Source: Candidatus Cloacimonadota bacterium (GTDB taxonomy: Bacteria > Cloacimonadota > Cloacimonadia > JGIOTU-2). From it: a stretch of DNA of 64,000 nt. Numbering within the stretch: the first letter of the stretch is position 1; each line of letters starts with the position of its first letter. The stretch is taken from contig JBNGBT010000003.1 in the NCBI GenBank assembly GCA_049903315.1, forward strand, positions 170,466 to 234,465. The letters run 5' to 3'. Of this stretch, positions 32,637 to 42,800 are shown one piece after another. The notes below the pieces were generated by a model that was not told the origin of the DNA, did not search any database, and worked only from the letters and a program-made list of their open reading frames with translations. Position numbers and translations under genes: made by a program.

Positions 32637-33635
32637 TTATTTCATTTCAGCTAATAACTTTTTGATCACATCTTTCGAAGTGATGCCTTCCGCTTCTGCG
32701 GCAAAGTTCAAAAGAATTCTGTGCTGAAGGATCGGTGTGGCAACAAATTCGATATCTTCCATTGATGGTACAGTTCGTCCATTCAACGCAGCGCGTGTTT
32801 TTGCTGCGAGAACAAGATACTGCGAAGCGCGAGGACCAGCTCCCCAGTTAACCCAGTTTTTCACAAAGTCGGGAGCATCTTCAAATTTTGGACGGGAGAG
32901 TCGTGCAAGCTTTACTGCTGTTTCAAGAATGTGTTCGGGCAGGGGTATCTTGAAGATAAATTTTTGCAGCTTTGTGATTTCTTCTCCGCTCACAATTTTT
33001 TGAATGGTTTCAAATTCCCTGCTTGTGGTTATTTCAGCAATTTGTTTTTCTTCTTCATATGAAGGATAATCTATGTCGATATGAAAAATAAACCTATCGA
33101 GCTGAGCTTCTGGTAAAGGGTAGGTGCCTTCCTGTTCGATGGGATTCTGAGTTGCCAGCACAAAGAATGGAGGAGAGAGAGGAAAAGTATGATTTCCAGC
33201 TGTGACCTTTCTTTCCTGCATTGCTTCAAGGAGTGCGGATTGCGTTTTCGGAGGAGTCCTGTTTATTTCATCTGCAAGAATAATATTAGCAAAAACCGGT
33301 CCTTTCACAAACTGGAAAGCGCGCTTGCCTGTTGTCTTATCCTCTGTGAGAATATCTGTGCCTGTGATGTCTGAGGGCATAAGATCAGGTGTGAATTGTA
33401 TCCTGCTGAAATTGAGGTCGAGTACCTGCGAAATAGTGCTGATCAAAAGTGTTTTTGCCAATCCGGGCACACCGACCAGCAGGCAATGTCCATTTGCAAA
33501 AAGAGAGATAAGGAAATATTCGATCACCTTATCCTGTCCCACAATGACTTTGTGGATTTCGTTCACTATCTTTGCTCTGGTTTCAGAGAGGTTTTCTATA
33601 GTTTTTACGTCGCTGTTTGAGACAATATTATCCAT
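32637..33635 (-). CDS. moxR: MoxR-family AAA+ ATPase
   Basis: GVPGLAKT, RIQFTPDLMPSD, ADEINRTPPKTQSALLEAMQE, ATQNPIEQEGTYPLPEAQLDRF. Confidence 0.93.
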   Translation of the reverse strand: MDNIVSNSDVKTIENLSETRAKIVNEIHKVIVGQDKVIEYFLISLFANGHCLLVGVPGLAKTLLISTISQVLDLNFSRIQFTPDLMPSDITGTDILTEDKTTGKRAFQFVKGPVFANIILADEINRTPPKTQSALLEAMQERKVTAGNHTFPLSPPFFVLATQNPIEQEGTYPLPEAQLDRFIFHIDIDYPSYEEEKQIAEITTSREFETIQKIVSGEEITKLQKFIFKIPLPEHILETAVKLARLSRPKFEDAPDFVKNWVNWGAGPRASQYLVLAAKTRAALNGRTVPSMEDIEFVATPILQHRILLNFAAEAEGITSKDVIKKLLAEMK

Positions 33636-33816
33636 GCAATATCCTTTATTAAATACTTTGAGATAGATTCAGGAGTGTTGTTTTTGGATGTCAAGATTGA
33701 GGATAGCAGATTAAAGATGTCTAGTCGTTGCGAGGATTAAAGTGTGACTTTTATCCAGATTTGGTAGATAGGAATACTGGATACATGCTTTTGTAAAATA
33801 ACATATGCGTTCAACT

Positions 33817-33868
33817 AGTTACGCAAAATTCCAATCTTGCGTACTCAACATCGGAATGTTGAGTTACT
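33817..33868. repeat. REP-like inverted doublet of palindromes
   Basis: ACGCAA-aattccaatc-TTGCGT hairpin directly followed by ACTCAACAT-cgga-ATGTTGAGT (perfect 9-bp stem). A 36-bp part recurs inverted at 61155-61190. Confidence 0.65.
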
Positions 33869-33898
33869 CCTCACTTTTAATCCTCTACTCTTTACGCA

Positions 33899-34540
33899 CT
33901 ACGGCTTAATAATACCCAGCCAATCTCCAAGCAGGAAATTCAACCTTCCGATAAGAAGCGAGATACGAGCCATCACCGTGTAACCGAATGCAGCACCGAA
34001 ACTTACCATAAGGAAATATATGCCGACCCGGGCAGTTACTCCGAAAGCTCCCTCATGTTTCTTGCTGAAGAAAAAGTACACAATGCCAGATATTGTGCCG
34101 ATTATGAGAATAAGTTCGCCAGCGATCTGAGCAGCATTACTTGTTGCAAAGGGATTCAGCATGGTCGCTGTTAATTGGTTAAGTACATCTGACTGAAGAT
34201 AACGCTTGAAGAACAATCCGGCAGTTGTTCCCACCACAACTGCAAGTGCGTACCTGCTTACCCAATCAATAGTAGGTATCAACCTGCAGAGCATCAGGAT
34301 ACCGAGGAATGCCGGTATCAGAAGGATGAAATTATGAGTAAAATCCGAAGTAACAGGGATAAAAAGATTCGGCATGAGTATGTTGTAGATTGTATATATG
34401 AACCAATAACCCGCAGAAATTCCGATGAAGATCTGCTCAGCTATTTTGTAAAAAGGATTGTCCTTATAAAGAAAGCTGAAGATAGCGAAAGTAAGAAAAG
34501 CCCCGACCCAAATCCCGATTCTATCCATAATTATTGCCAT
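33899..34540 (-). CDS. Uncharacterised multi-pass membrane protein (DUF6754-type operon)
   Basis: About 6 hydrophobic helices; SFLYKDNPFYKIAE and FGAAFGYTVMARISLL are motifs I associate with this conserved cluster. Confidence 0.7.
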   Translation of the reverse strand: MAIIMDRIGIWVGAFLTFAIFSFLYKDNPFYKIAEQIFIGISAGYWFIYTIYNILMPNLFIPVTSDFTHNFILLIPAFLGILMLCRLIPTIDWVSRYALAVVVGTTAGLFFKRYLQSDVLNQLTATMLNPFATSNAAQIAGELILIIGTISGIVYFFFSKKHEGAFGVTARVGIYFLMVSFGAAFGYTVMARISLLIGRLNFLLGDWLGIIKP

Positions 34541-34551
34541 TTTTCCTCCGC

Positions 34552-35394
34552 CTATGCTTTCAATGTGTCTTTTTGTTTCCTGGTTGCAAAATAGCCGATA
34601 TTGCCGATCAGGATGAACAGGATTATTACGAGATGTGCAACGGATTGGGCATCCATTCCTTTTGTTGCAAAACCAGGTTTATTGATGAGGAGTTCAAATT
34701 CCGCTGCGCCTTTCAATCCGCCAAGCAAACCGACAAGCTGCTGCTGTTCGTTCACATAGGGCAGCATCGTGGGCGCTTGTACTGCGGTTGTACCCCCAGC
34801 AACTGGTTTTCCAAATGTATCATGAACGATCATAACCCACTGTTTCAATCCCGGATCACCTGCAGATAATGAGATCATACAACCGATTTTATCGAAATTC
34901 TTTATGCCCTTCATGATGGGGAATTCGTCGATTGGATTTCCCCCTGCATCGGCAGGAAAGGTGCTTCGAAAATCCTTTGCCATATGATTGATCGTCACCA
35001 TACCGCCCGATTTATAACCGAGATTAATAAAGTCGATACCATATTCGATATTTGGGTATTCCGTACTCACTATTTCGTATGCTTCGTTGCACATCTGCAC
35101 GCCCATGGGCCAGAGTGCTGTTGCAATTATCCGCAATCTAAGTGTGAACGCCTGCTGCATCAAAGCAATTGCCATTGGTTGTATTTCCGGTTTGGTCGAA
35201 GGATCATAATCAAAAGAAATGAGAATGCGTGTACCGGGTTCCAATTCTTGAAGAAGATCATAGACACTCTGCACATTCTCGGTCACTTCCAGGTTGAATC
35301 CCAATGTCCATATTAGAGGAATTGCCACGCCGAGTAGGATGAGCAGGAAAATAATTCGACGATCAATATTAAGGAATCTCTCAAAAATTTTCAT
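34552..35394 (-). CDS. Uncharacterised membrane-anchored alpha/beta protein (DUF6754-type operon)
   Basis: N-terminal TM, soluble domain (SFDYDPS, YGIDFINLGY, GLLGGLKGAAEFE), C-terminal TM. Confidence 0.7.
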   Translation of the reverse strand: MKIFERFLNIDRRIIFLLILLGVAIPLIWTLGFNLEVTENVQSVYDLLQELEPGTRILISFDYDPSTKPEIQPMAIALMQQAFTLRLRIIATALWPMGVQMCNEAYEIVSTEYPNIEYGIDFINLGYKSGGMVTINHMAKDFRSTFPADAGGNPIDEFPIMKGIKNFDKIGCMISLSAGDPGLKQWVMIVHDTFGKPVAGGTTAVQAPTMLPYVNEQQQLVGLLGGLKGAAEFELLINKPGFATKGMDAQSVAHLVIILFILIGNIGYFATRKQKDTLKA

Positions 35395-35395
35395 C

Positions 35396-36091
35396 TTATT
35401 TACCCCCTAAATATGAACGTTCGATGCCAAGAATGATGCGCAGAGAGCTGCCGATCACACCCAAACCGGCGCAGATCATTATCGCTCGCTGACCCGCAGT
35501 ATTGGGATATTTCATAATGAAAGAGGCAATATTAGGCAAATGCAAAAATCCAAGTGAATCAGGGATCCATCCGGTCAAAGTGCTTCCGATCGTTGTTCTA
35601 CCAAGCATGACGAGAACTGCTGCGATAAGGAGTAAAGTAGATTCGGGACTGCGTGCACGAAATGCCCTGTACGATGCGGAAGCCATGAAGAATGCGAGCA
35701 GAGAGAACATCGTGGCAGAAAGGTTTTCAAATAAATATTTAAAGATGTAATCAAAGGGTTTATATCCTAGGAAATTGATCATTTTTTCACTTGCAGGAAT
35801 GAGTCCGGGCTGCTGCTGTGTTCCCCATAAAATACCACAAATGACCATGATGGAAAAACTCACAAGCGCAATAATGAAGTATGGCCAGTTCGGTGCTTTG
35901 CGGGATATTTTTATGATATTGACCTTGAACAAGCTGAGCTGCCCGAGGATGATAGCAAAACCGGAAATGATCAAAAACCATCCTTCGAGACTGGTCGAAA
36001 GACTATTAAAGGGTTTGTGTGGAATGAATTCAGAAACAATGATAAGCATGCCAACCAAGAAGGTGATGAGCATAGGAATTTGTCTTCTCAT
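35396..36091 (-). CDS. Uncharacterised multi-pass membrane protein (DUF6754-type operon)
   Basis: About 6 TMs; ATMFSLLAFFMASASYRAFRAR, PNTAGQRA, LRIILGIERSYLG. Confidence 0.7.
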   Translation of the reverse strand: MRRQIPMLITFLVGMLIIVSEFIPHKPFNSLSTSLEGWFLIISGFAIILGQLSLFKVNIIKISRKAPNWPYFIIALVSFSIMVICGILWGTQQQPGLIPASEKMINFLGYKPFDYIFKYLFENLSATMFSLLAFFMASASYRAFRARSPESTLLLIAAVLVMLGRTTIGSTLTGWIPDSLGFLHLPNIASFIMKYPNTAGQRAIMICAGLGVIGSSLRIILGIERSYLGGK

Positions 36092-36107
36092 GTGTCCTCT
36101 TTATGTA

Positions 36108-37214
36108 TTAGTGGGTTGCCAGAAAATCTTTCAGGAAATGTATGCCGAACATTTCGAGCACTACACCGACAAGAAGGGTAAATATTATAATTGCTTTTCC
36201 CACATCCTGACCTTTCAAACTTCCAAGCTGATTTGGTTCATTTGAAAGATATGCAGATGCAGCGAAGAGTTCTTCACCGATCAACGTATAGTCACAGGCA
36301 GCAACGAAGAAGGGGATCTGGGTGGGCATTGCAGTGCCTGCGATCTGAATTGCACCGCTCTCAAAACCTGTTTCTGCAAGAATAAGAGATTCTGCGTAAA
36401 ATGCGCCGAGATAGAAAGTTGCAGCGGGTTTTTCTCGAAGGATTATGCCGTCAACGCCTGCGACATATCCGAACTGATCATCAGTAAGATAAAATACTGA
36501 ATCCGGCTTAAAGGCATCGGGTCTGCCTGCACGAAGATAGGCTTCCTTTACGATTTCCTTTGCTGTGGAGAGCACCATTGAACGGCATACCGGAACATGG
36601 ATTGTAGAATCATATTGGGCTACTTTTTCTGCGAGATGCCCGAGAATGTTCAGTCCCGCAATAGTCTGCATATCATCGAGATCCATGATGCCGGGAACAA
36701 ATAAAAGGGGTTTTCCCATTTCTGTAGCCCGTCCGACTGCTTCTTCGATCGTGTCAAGTCCGCTGATCTTTCTTATGTAGAGCCGCTTTCCTTTTCGTGC
36801 AGAGAAAATAAAATAAGTGATCGCACTTCCAAGTAGGATTGTCATAATGAGCAAAGATATTTTATCAGTATTGAACCATTCTGCCTTTGCTATAGCTGAC
36901 GCACTGAAACTTTGCAGTGTTTCACCTTCTATGTTCAACACAGAGAGTTTATAGAAATATTCCTGTCCGTCCTCGATATTTTCATCATCAATAAATTGCT
37001 TCATAAGAGGTGTAACCGTAGCGATCTCAATATAATTTTCTTTATCAATACTGCGGCTGATGGTCATCTCGGGAAAAGACAGCGGGACGTTCCATTCCAG
37101 CAGTATCGCACCACCATCATCATTTGGGTTGTCTGCAGCAGTGAAGGTCATATCTTGGGCATATAACGAAAAAGCAAAAAATATACAAAATATAATAAAA
37201 AAAGATACTCTCAT
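36108..37214 (-). CDS. FN3-like extracellular domain plus DUF6754-like domain membrane protein
   Basis: Signal peptide; DNPNDDGGAILLEW...YFYKL (FN3-like); TM; IRKISGLDTIEEAVGRATEMG, AESLILAETG, CDYTLIGEELFAASAYL; C-terminal TM. Start placed at MRVSFF. Confidence 0.75.
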   Translation of the reverse strand: MRVSFFIIFCIFFAFSLYAQDMTFTAADNPNDDGGAILLEWNVPLSFPEMTISRSIDKENYIEIATVTPLMKQFIDDENIEDGQEYFYKLSVLNIEGETLQSFSASAIAKAEWFNTDKISLLIMTILLGSAITYFIFSARKGKRLYIRKISGLDTIEEAVGRATEMGKPLLFVPGIMDLDDMQTIAGLNILGHLAEKVAQYDSTIHVPVCRSMVLSTAKEIVKEAYLRAGRPDAFKPDSVFYLTDDQFGYVAGVDGIILREKPAATFYLGAFYAESLILAETGFESGAIQIAGTAMPTQIPFFVAACDYTLIGEELFAASAYLSNEPNQLGSLKGQDVGKAIIIFTLLVGVVLEMFGIHFLKDFLATH

Positions 37215-37371
37215 GCCTAATACCCCATGCATAAATTTAATTTGAACTATTAATCCCAATTTCCTATTTGAAATGTCAATAAATTACACTTCAATATAAA
37301 TTTATTTGGGAAATTTGCAAAACTTTACAAAAATTTCAGAAATCAACATTTGATTATTTTAGGAATAGTAT

Positions 37372-38370
37372 ATGAATATTTTAATTTCAGGCGGAACAGG
37401 ATTTATCGGATATCATTTAATAAAACGTCTTGTAAACAGAGGTCATGCGGTTACGTGTATTATAAGACAAAATTCAAATATTGAGAAATTGAATGGATTT
37501 AATCTTCAGTATATTTCATATGAAGAAATAAAAAATAGTGAAATAGATTTTTATGGATATGATGTTGTATATCATCTTGCGAGTATACGTCATAAATGGG
37601 GAACAAGCTGGAATGAGTATGTGAAATCCGGGCAAAATTATACTGAGATGTTGTTAAAATCTTCCGTTGGAAAAATAACACAATTTATATTTTGCAGTTC
37701 TGTAGCTGTTTACGGATATACAGATACACTGCCGATCTCGGAAAGTTCAGAGAAAAGCCCCCATAATCTATATGGTAAGATGAAGCTGGAATGCGAAAAT
37801 CTCGTTACATTATATAACGAAAAGTATGATTTACCCTATACAATTCTTCGTCCATCAGTTGTATATGGCGAAAATGATCCACAAGGGATGATGACTCGAC
37901 TTGTCAAGATGATTTACGATAACTCATATCATACTATTGGGAATGGAAACAATAGAATTCAATGTGTTTATATTGAAGATTTTATTGATATTCTCGAAAA
38001 GATAGGAACAAATTTTCATCCAACTAATGATGAATTTATTATTTCATACCAGTATCCAATTACCATTAATGATTTAGTTAAATTAATTAGAAACGAATTA
38101 CATAAGGAAGTTACCCTTGACATTAAGATTCCAGTATGGTTTGCACGATTTTTTGCCATGATAATTGAAAAGGCTTATCAAGTCGGCATTAAATTAACAG
38201 GACCAGAACCAATAATTGCTAAAGAGAAAGTGGATACAATGGTAAAAGATGTTGTCTATGATACTTCAAAAATTAAAAGTGCATATGATTTCGCGTCCAC
38301 CGTTTCATATAAGCAAGGAATTAACAGATTGATACGCAGTTTAATACAGGAGAATAAATGGAAGGTATAA
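37372..38370 (+). CDS. NAD-dependent epimerase/dehydratase (extended SDR)
   Basis: GGTGFIG, SSVAVYG, YGKMK (YxxxK), ILRPSVVYG. Confidence 0.9.
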   Translation: MNILISGGTGFIGYHLIKRLVNRGHAVTCIIRQNSNIEKLNGFNLQYISYEEIKNSEIDFYGYDVVYHLASIRHKWGTSWNEYVKSGQNYTEMLLKSSVGKITQFIFCSSVAVYGYTDTLPISESSEKSPHNLYGKMKLECENLVTLYNEKYDLPYTILRPSVVYGENDPQGMMTRLVKMIYDNSYHTIGNGNNRIQCVYIEDFIDILEKIGTNFHPTNDEFIISYQYPITINDLVKLIRNELHKEVTLDIKIPVWFARFFAMIIEKAYQVGIKLTGPEPIIAKEKVDTMVKDVVYDTSKIKSAYDFASTVSYKQGINRLIRSLIQENKWKV

Positions 38371-38783
38371 TTACACAAGATGTTTGCAAGCGATATAATT
38401 GTGAAATTTTAGGTTTTGGAGAAATATTTGAAATAAAGTCTGTTGAACGGATTAGGAAGAGATTAGTAAAAAAATATAAAAACGGGATTTTATATTTATC
38501 TTCTAATAAGGATCATTCAGGAAGAGGATTTACCAGGGAAGAGATTGAACAGAAAGTCAAGGAAGATGGTTTGGAAATTCTAGAAAGCGGGTATGCAGAT
38601 GCGCCGCCATGGAAATCCGATCCACTTGAATCAGGACAACAATCAAGCAAAATGGAAATCCCTATTTTATCAAAACTAGTTCCTTTTATATTTATATTAT
38701 GGATTCCATTGTTTGAACGATTTTACAGAAAGAGAAGAAAAGCACATATAGCTTGGGTTTTCGGAGCAGTTGATGAAAAATAA
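38358..38783 (+). CDS. Hypothetical protein
   Basis: 141 aa; overlaps both neighbours as in an operon, with AGGAG upstream. The C-terminal half (GLEILESGYADAPPW) resembles methyltransferase tails, but no SAM motif is seen. Confidence 0.6.
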   Translation: MEGIITQDVCKRYNCEILGFGEIFEIKSVERIRKRLVKKYKNGILYLSSNKDHSGRGFTREEIEQKVKEDGLEILESGYADAPPWKSDPLESGQQSSKMEIPILSKLVPFIFILWIPLFERFYRKRRKAHIAWVFGAVDEK

Positions 38784-39759
38784 ACTGAATATTATTATTG
38801 GTATAATAATTGGTGCTGCTTTTCTTGGTTTATGGTTTCTTCTCGTTGATCCAAATGAAATTTGGTCATATCTCAGAGGACTCAATATTTTTCATGTTAT
38901 TTTATTCACTTTTTTTTATATTTTTGCATATTTCATACGTTCCTATAGATGGCGTTTAATATTAAAACCCATTTTTAAAATGAAAATTCTGGAGTCTTTT
39001 TTTTATTTTATGGCAGGAATGCTTATAAATTATCTTGTTCCTGTGAGAGCTGGTGAAGTTGCTAAAAGTTTTTTTCTTAAGAAAAATGAAGGGGTAAAAA
39101 TTTCTAAATCTCTCCCTTCAATCTTTATCGACAAACTAACTGATTTATTCCCAATAATTGTAATTATTATACTTATTCCTATCCTGGCAATTCCTATCAG
39201 TAAAACACTTACATGGATAATCGTTGCGATCTTAATCCTATATGTGATACTTCTTTTTATTCTTATCTTCTCTATGAAAAGTCCGGAGAATATGCATAAA
39301 ATATTGATGAAACTGTCATTTTTCCTTCCTAATAAGTTTAAAAGTAAGCTTGAAGAATTTTATACAAGCTTTATTGAGGGAATGGGCATCCTGAGAGGAA
39401 GAAGGAAAGATACAATAATGATATATCTTTTGACTTTGCTCGCAGTTTTTTCTGAAGGATTTTTTGTATATATGATCTTTCGCAGTCTTGGTTTACAAAA
39501 TATTGGCTACATTAAAATAGTATTTGGATATACATTAATGAACCTTACATACATACTTCCTACTCCACCTGCTCAAATTGGCTCAAATGAATTTATGTGG
39601 GTTATAATATTCTCATTTGCTTTAGGTTTAAATAGAAATTTAACCGGAGCTGCCGTAGCAACCGTTCATATATTAACGACAATTGTAATATTCGCATTTG
39701 GGGCAATCTCACTTTCATCGATTGGAATAAAATTTTCGGAGATTTTTAGAAAAAAATAA
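38770..39759 (+). CDS. LPG-synthase TM / UPF0104 flippase-like membrane protein
   Basis: IRSYRW, NYLVPVRAGE, IDKLTD, PTPPAQIG; multiple TMs. Confidence 0.85.
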   Translation: MMKNKLNIIIGIIIGAAFLGLWFLLVDPNEIWSYLRGLNIFHVILFTFFYIFAYFIRSYRWRLILKPIFKMKILESFFYFMAGMLINYLVPVRAGEVAKSFFLKKNEGVKISKSLPSIFIDKLTDLFPIIVIIILIPILAIPISKTLTWIIVAILILYVILLFILIFSMKSPENMHKILMKLSFFLPNKFKSKLEEFYTSFIEGMGILRGRRKDTIMIYLLTLLAVFSEGFFVYMIFRSLGLQNIGYIKIVFGYTLMNLTYILPTPPAQIGSNEFMWVIIFSFALGLNRNLTGAAVATVHILTTIVIFAFGAISLSSIGIKFSEIFRKK

Positions 39760-39814
39760 ATTCTTGACACAGATCAGAATAAAATTTTAAAAAAGTCAAC
39801 CATGGAGGTGCGAT

Positions 39815-42800
39815 ATGAAAAGTAAGGTAATTATATGCATTCTTTCTCTTGTTCTGCTAGGGATTTTCTATACTTTACAAGCTGATATTATTACTGTTAA
39901 TGCTAATGGCGGATATCAATATTTAACAATTCAAGATGGTATTGATGCCGCAAGTAATGGAGATACGGTATTAGTTTATTCTGGAACTTATATCGAAAAC
40001 ATTAATTTCTATGGCAAGGACATCATTGTAGCTTCCTTATACTTTAGCACTGGAGATGCCGGATACGTAGAGAACACAATTATTGATGGTGGCGGAAACG
40101 GCTTTGTAGTACATTTTGAGAATGGTGAAACCGAATCTGCTTTGCTTCAGGGTTTTACAATTACAAACGGATACGCTGAAGATGGTGGGGGTATTAAATG
40201 TAAAAATGCAAGCATGCCGGTTATTGATCATTTGATTATTACAGGTAATGCAGCTTTTGACGATGGCGGCGGTGTTGCGTGCTATACTAATTCAGCGATG
40301 AGAATTTCGAATTGTGTTTTTTTTGAAAATGTTGCTGACGATAATGGAGGTGGCATCTTTCTGAATCATTCTACAGGATTAATTGAAAACTGTCTGTTTT
40401 ACGAGAATATTTCTAACGGCGGAAGTTCTGCAATAGATTGTTGGTCGTCCGATCCAATGATAATTAATTGTTCTTTTTTTAATAATGTATCCTACGGATG
40501 GGCAACGATTGGTATATGGGACACCTCAAGTCCTTCTATATTAGATTGTATAGTATCAAATAATACTGGTTCGGGATTTGTGTTTCATTCTCAGTCAGAA
40601 GCGATAGTTGAATTTTGTAATTGTTATAACAATTCCTTTGGTTCCTTTTCTGGTTCTGTACCACCAGGTCTTGGAGTAATCAATCAAGTTAATGCAAACA
40701 ATGATCCATGTGACGAGTTTTATAATATTTTTATGGACCCGGAATTAATTGATCCTATAAATTCAGATTTTACGCTGTTCCCTTCATCACCCTGCATAGA
40801 CGCAGGTATTTCCGATACAATCGGGTTCAACCTTCCGCAATTCGATCTCGATGGTAATCCTCGTGTCGTTGATGGAAATGGTGATGGATTAGCAATTATT
40901 GATATGGGGTGTTATGAATTTGATGGAATGACCAATTATGTCTTTACTCGTATTACTAGTGGAGATATTGTTAATGATGCTGGCTATTCTCATGGGAGCA
41001 GCTGGATTGACTATGATAATGATAATGATCTCGATCTCTTTGTTGCTAACTGGAATGATCAGGATAACTTTCTCTACCAAAATGATGGAAATGGAACATT
41101 CACAAAAATCACAAATGGTGTCGTTGTAAACGATGGGGGTAAATCCTACGGATCAAGCTGGGGTGATTTTAATAATGATGGTCATATCGATGCTTTTGTA
41201 AGTAATATTTCAGATCAAGATAATTTTCTCTATCAAAATAATGGAGATGGAACATTTCTTAAGATTACTGAAGGTGATATTGTTAATGACGGCGGCAAAT
41301 CCAACAATTGCTGTTGGGGTGATTATAATAATGATGGATTTCTCGATCTGTTCATAGCTAACAGTGGCTCTCAAAATAATAGTTTGTATTGCAATTGTGG
41401 AGATGGTTCATTTTTGAAAATAACTAACGGTATATTAGTAAATGATGCAGGTCAATCAAAAGGTTGTTGTTGGGCGGATTATAACAATGATGGATACCTT
41501 GATTTGTTTGTTACAAATTCAGATAATCAAAATAACTATTTGTACTGTAATAACGGAAATGGCACTTTTACAAAAATAACAGATGGTCCTATCGTTAATG
41601 ACGGAGGTGATTCTCGGGGTGGTGGTAGCTGGGGAGATTATGATAACGATGGCGATCTTGACCTTTTTGTTTCGAACAGGTTGCAAAACAATTTCCTTTA
41701 TTGTAACGATGGAGATGGCACTTTTACTAAAATCACTGCAGGGGATATTGTAAATGATGGTGGAAATTCTCGAGGAAGCAGCTGGGCTGACTATAACAAC
41801 GACGGATATCTGGACCTGTTCGTATCCAATGACGGTGGAAATAACTTCTTATATAAAAACAATTGTGATGGCACTTTTACCAAAATCACTGATGAAGTTA
41901 TTACTAATAATGACGGCGTTTCTGTAGGATGTGTATGGGGAGATTATGATAATGACGGTGACCTAGACATATTCGTAAGTAATTTCTGGGATGATAATAA
42001 TTACTTATATAAGAATAACGGTAATGATAACAACTGGATAAATATCAAATGTGTTGGTACTATTTCAAATAAAGCTGCCATCGGCACAAAAGTAAAAGTG
42101 AAAACGATCCTGGATGGAAGCCCAATGTGGCAGGTGAGAGAAATTTCAGCATTGAATGGATACAGTAGCCAAAATAGTCTGAATGTCGAGTTCGGTTTAG
42201 AGAGCAGTACACTTATAGATTCGGTAATCGTAAGTTGGCCAAGTGGTACTGAACAAATCCTAACAAACACAGCGTCTAATCAGTTTATTACAATTACTGA
42301 GCCTTTTTCTTCTCCTGATCAAATTGCACTTCAAATTCCCACAGTAAATGCACTTCCCGGAGATACAGTTCTTATGCCTATGAATGTTCAATTTCCCCAA
42401 GATTCGACTTTCACGTCCGCAGAAATTCAAGTAGGTGGATATTTGGGATCATTAGAATTTGTTGAATTAATTGCTGATTGCAGCCTGGTTGGCGATGCCG
42501 GATGGTTGTATGAATCTAATGAAAACGACAGCGTAAACACAATATGGATGGCTGGATCTGAAGCCATATCCGGTGAAGGTACTCTAATCTGGATGAAATT
42601 TATAATACCGGAAACTGCAGCTGGTTTTATTCCAATCATACTTGTAGATGCGTTGTTTGATACGGGTGTGATACCTGTCAATGTAACTTCTGGTGGTGTA
42701 AATGTTGTCACACCATTGTATGGAGATGTAGATTTCAACGGATTGGTACAAGCCTATGATGCTTCTATGATCCTGAAATATCTTGCGGGCTATATTAATC

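Noticed and set aside
40943-42022. Tandem ~155-bp repeats as a possible CRISPR array or DGR
   Set aside because: They are in-frame, degenerate at synonymous positions and encode FG-GAP-like blades. There are no identical repeats with unique spacers, and no cas or reverse transcriptase gene.
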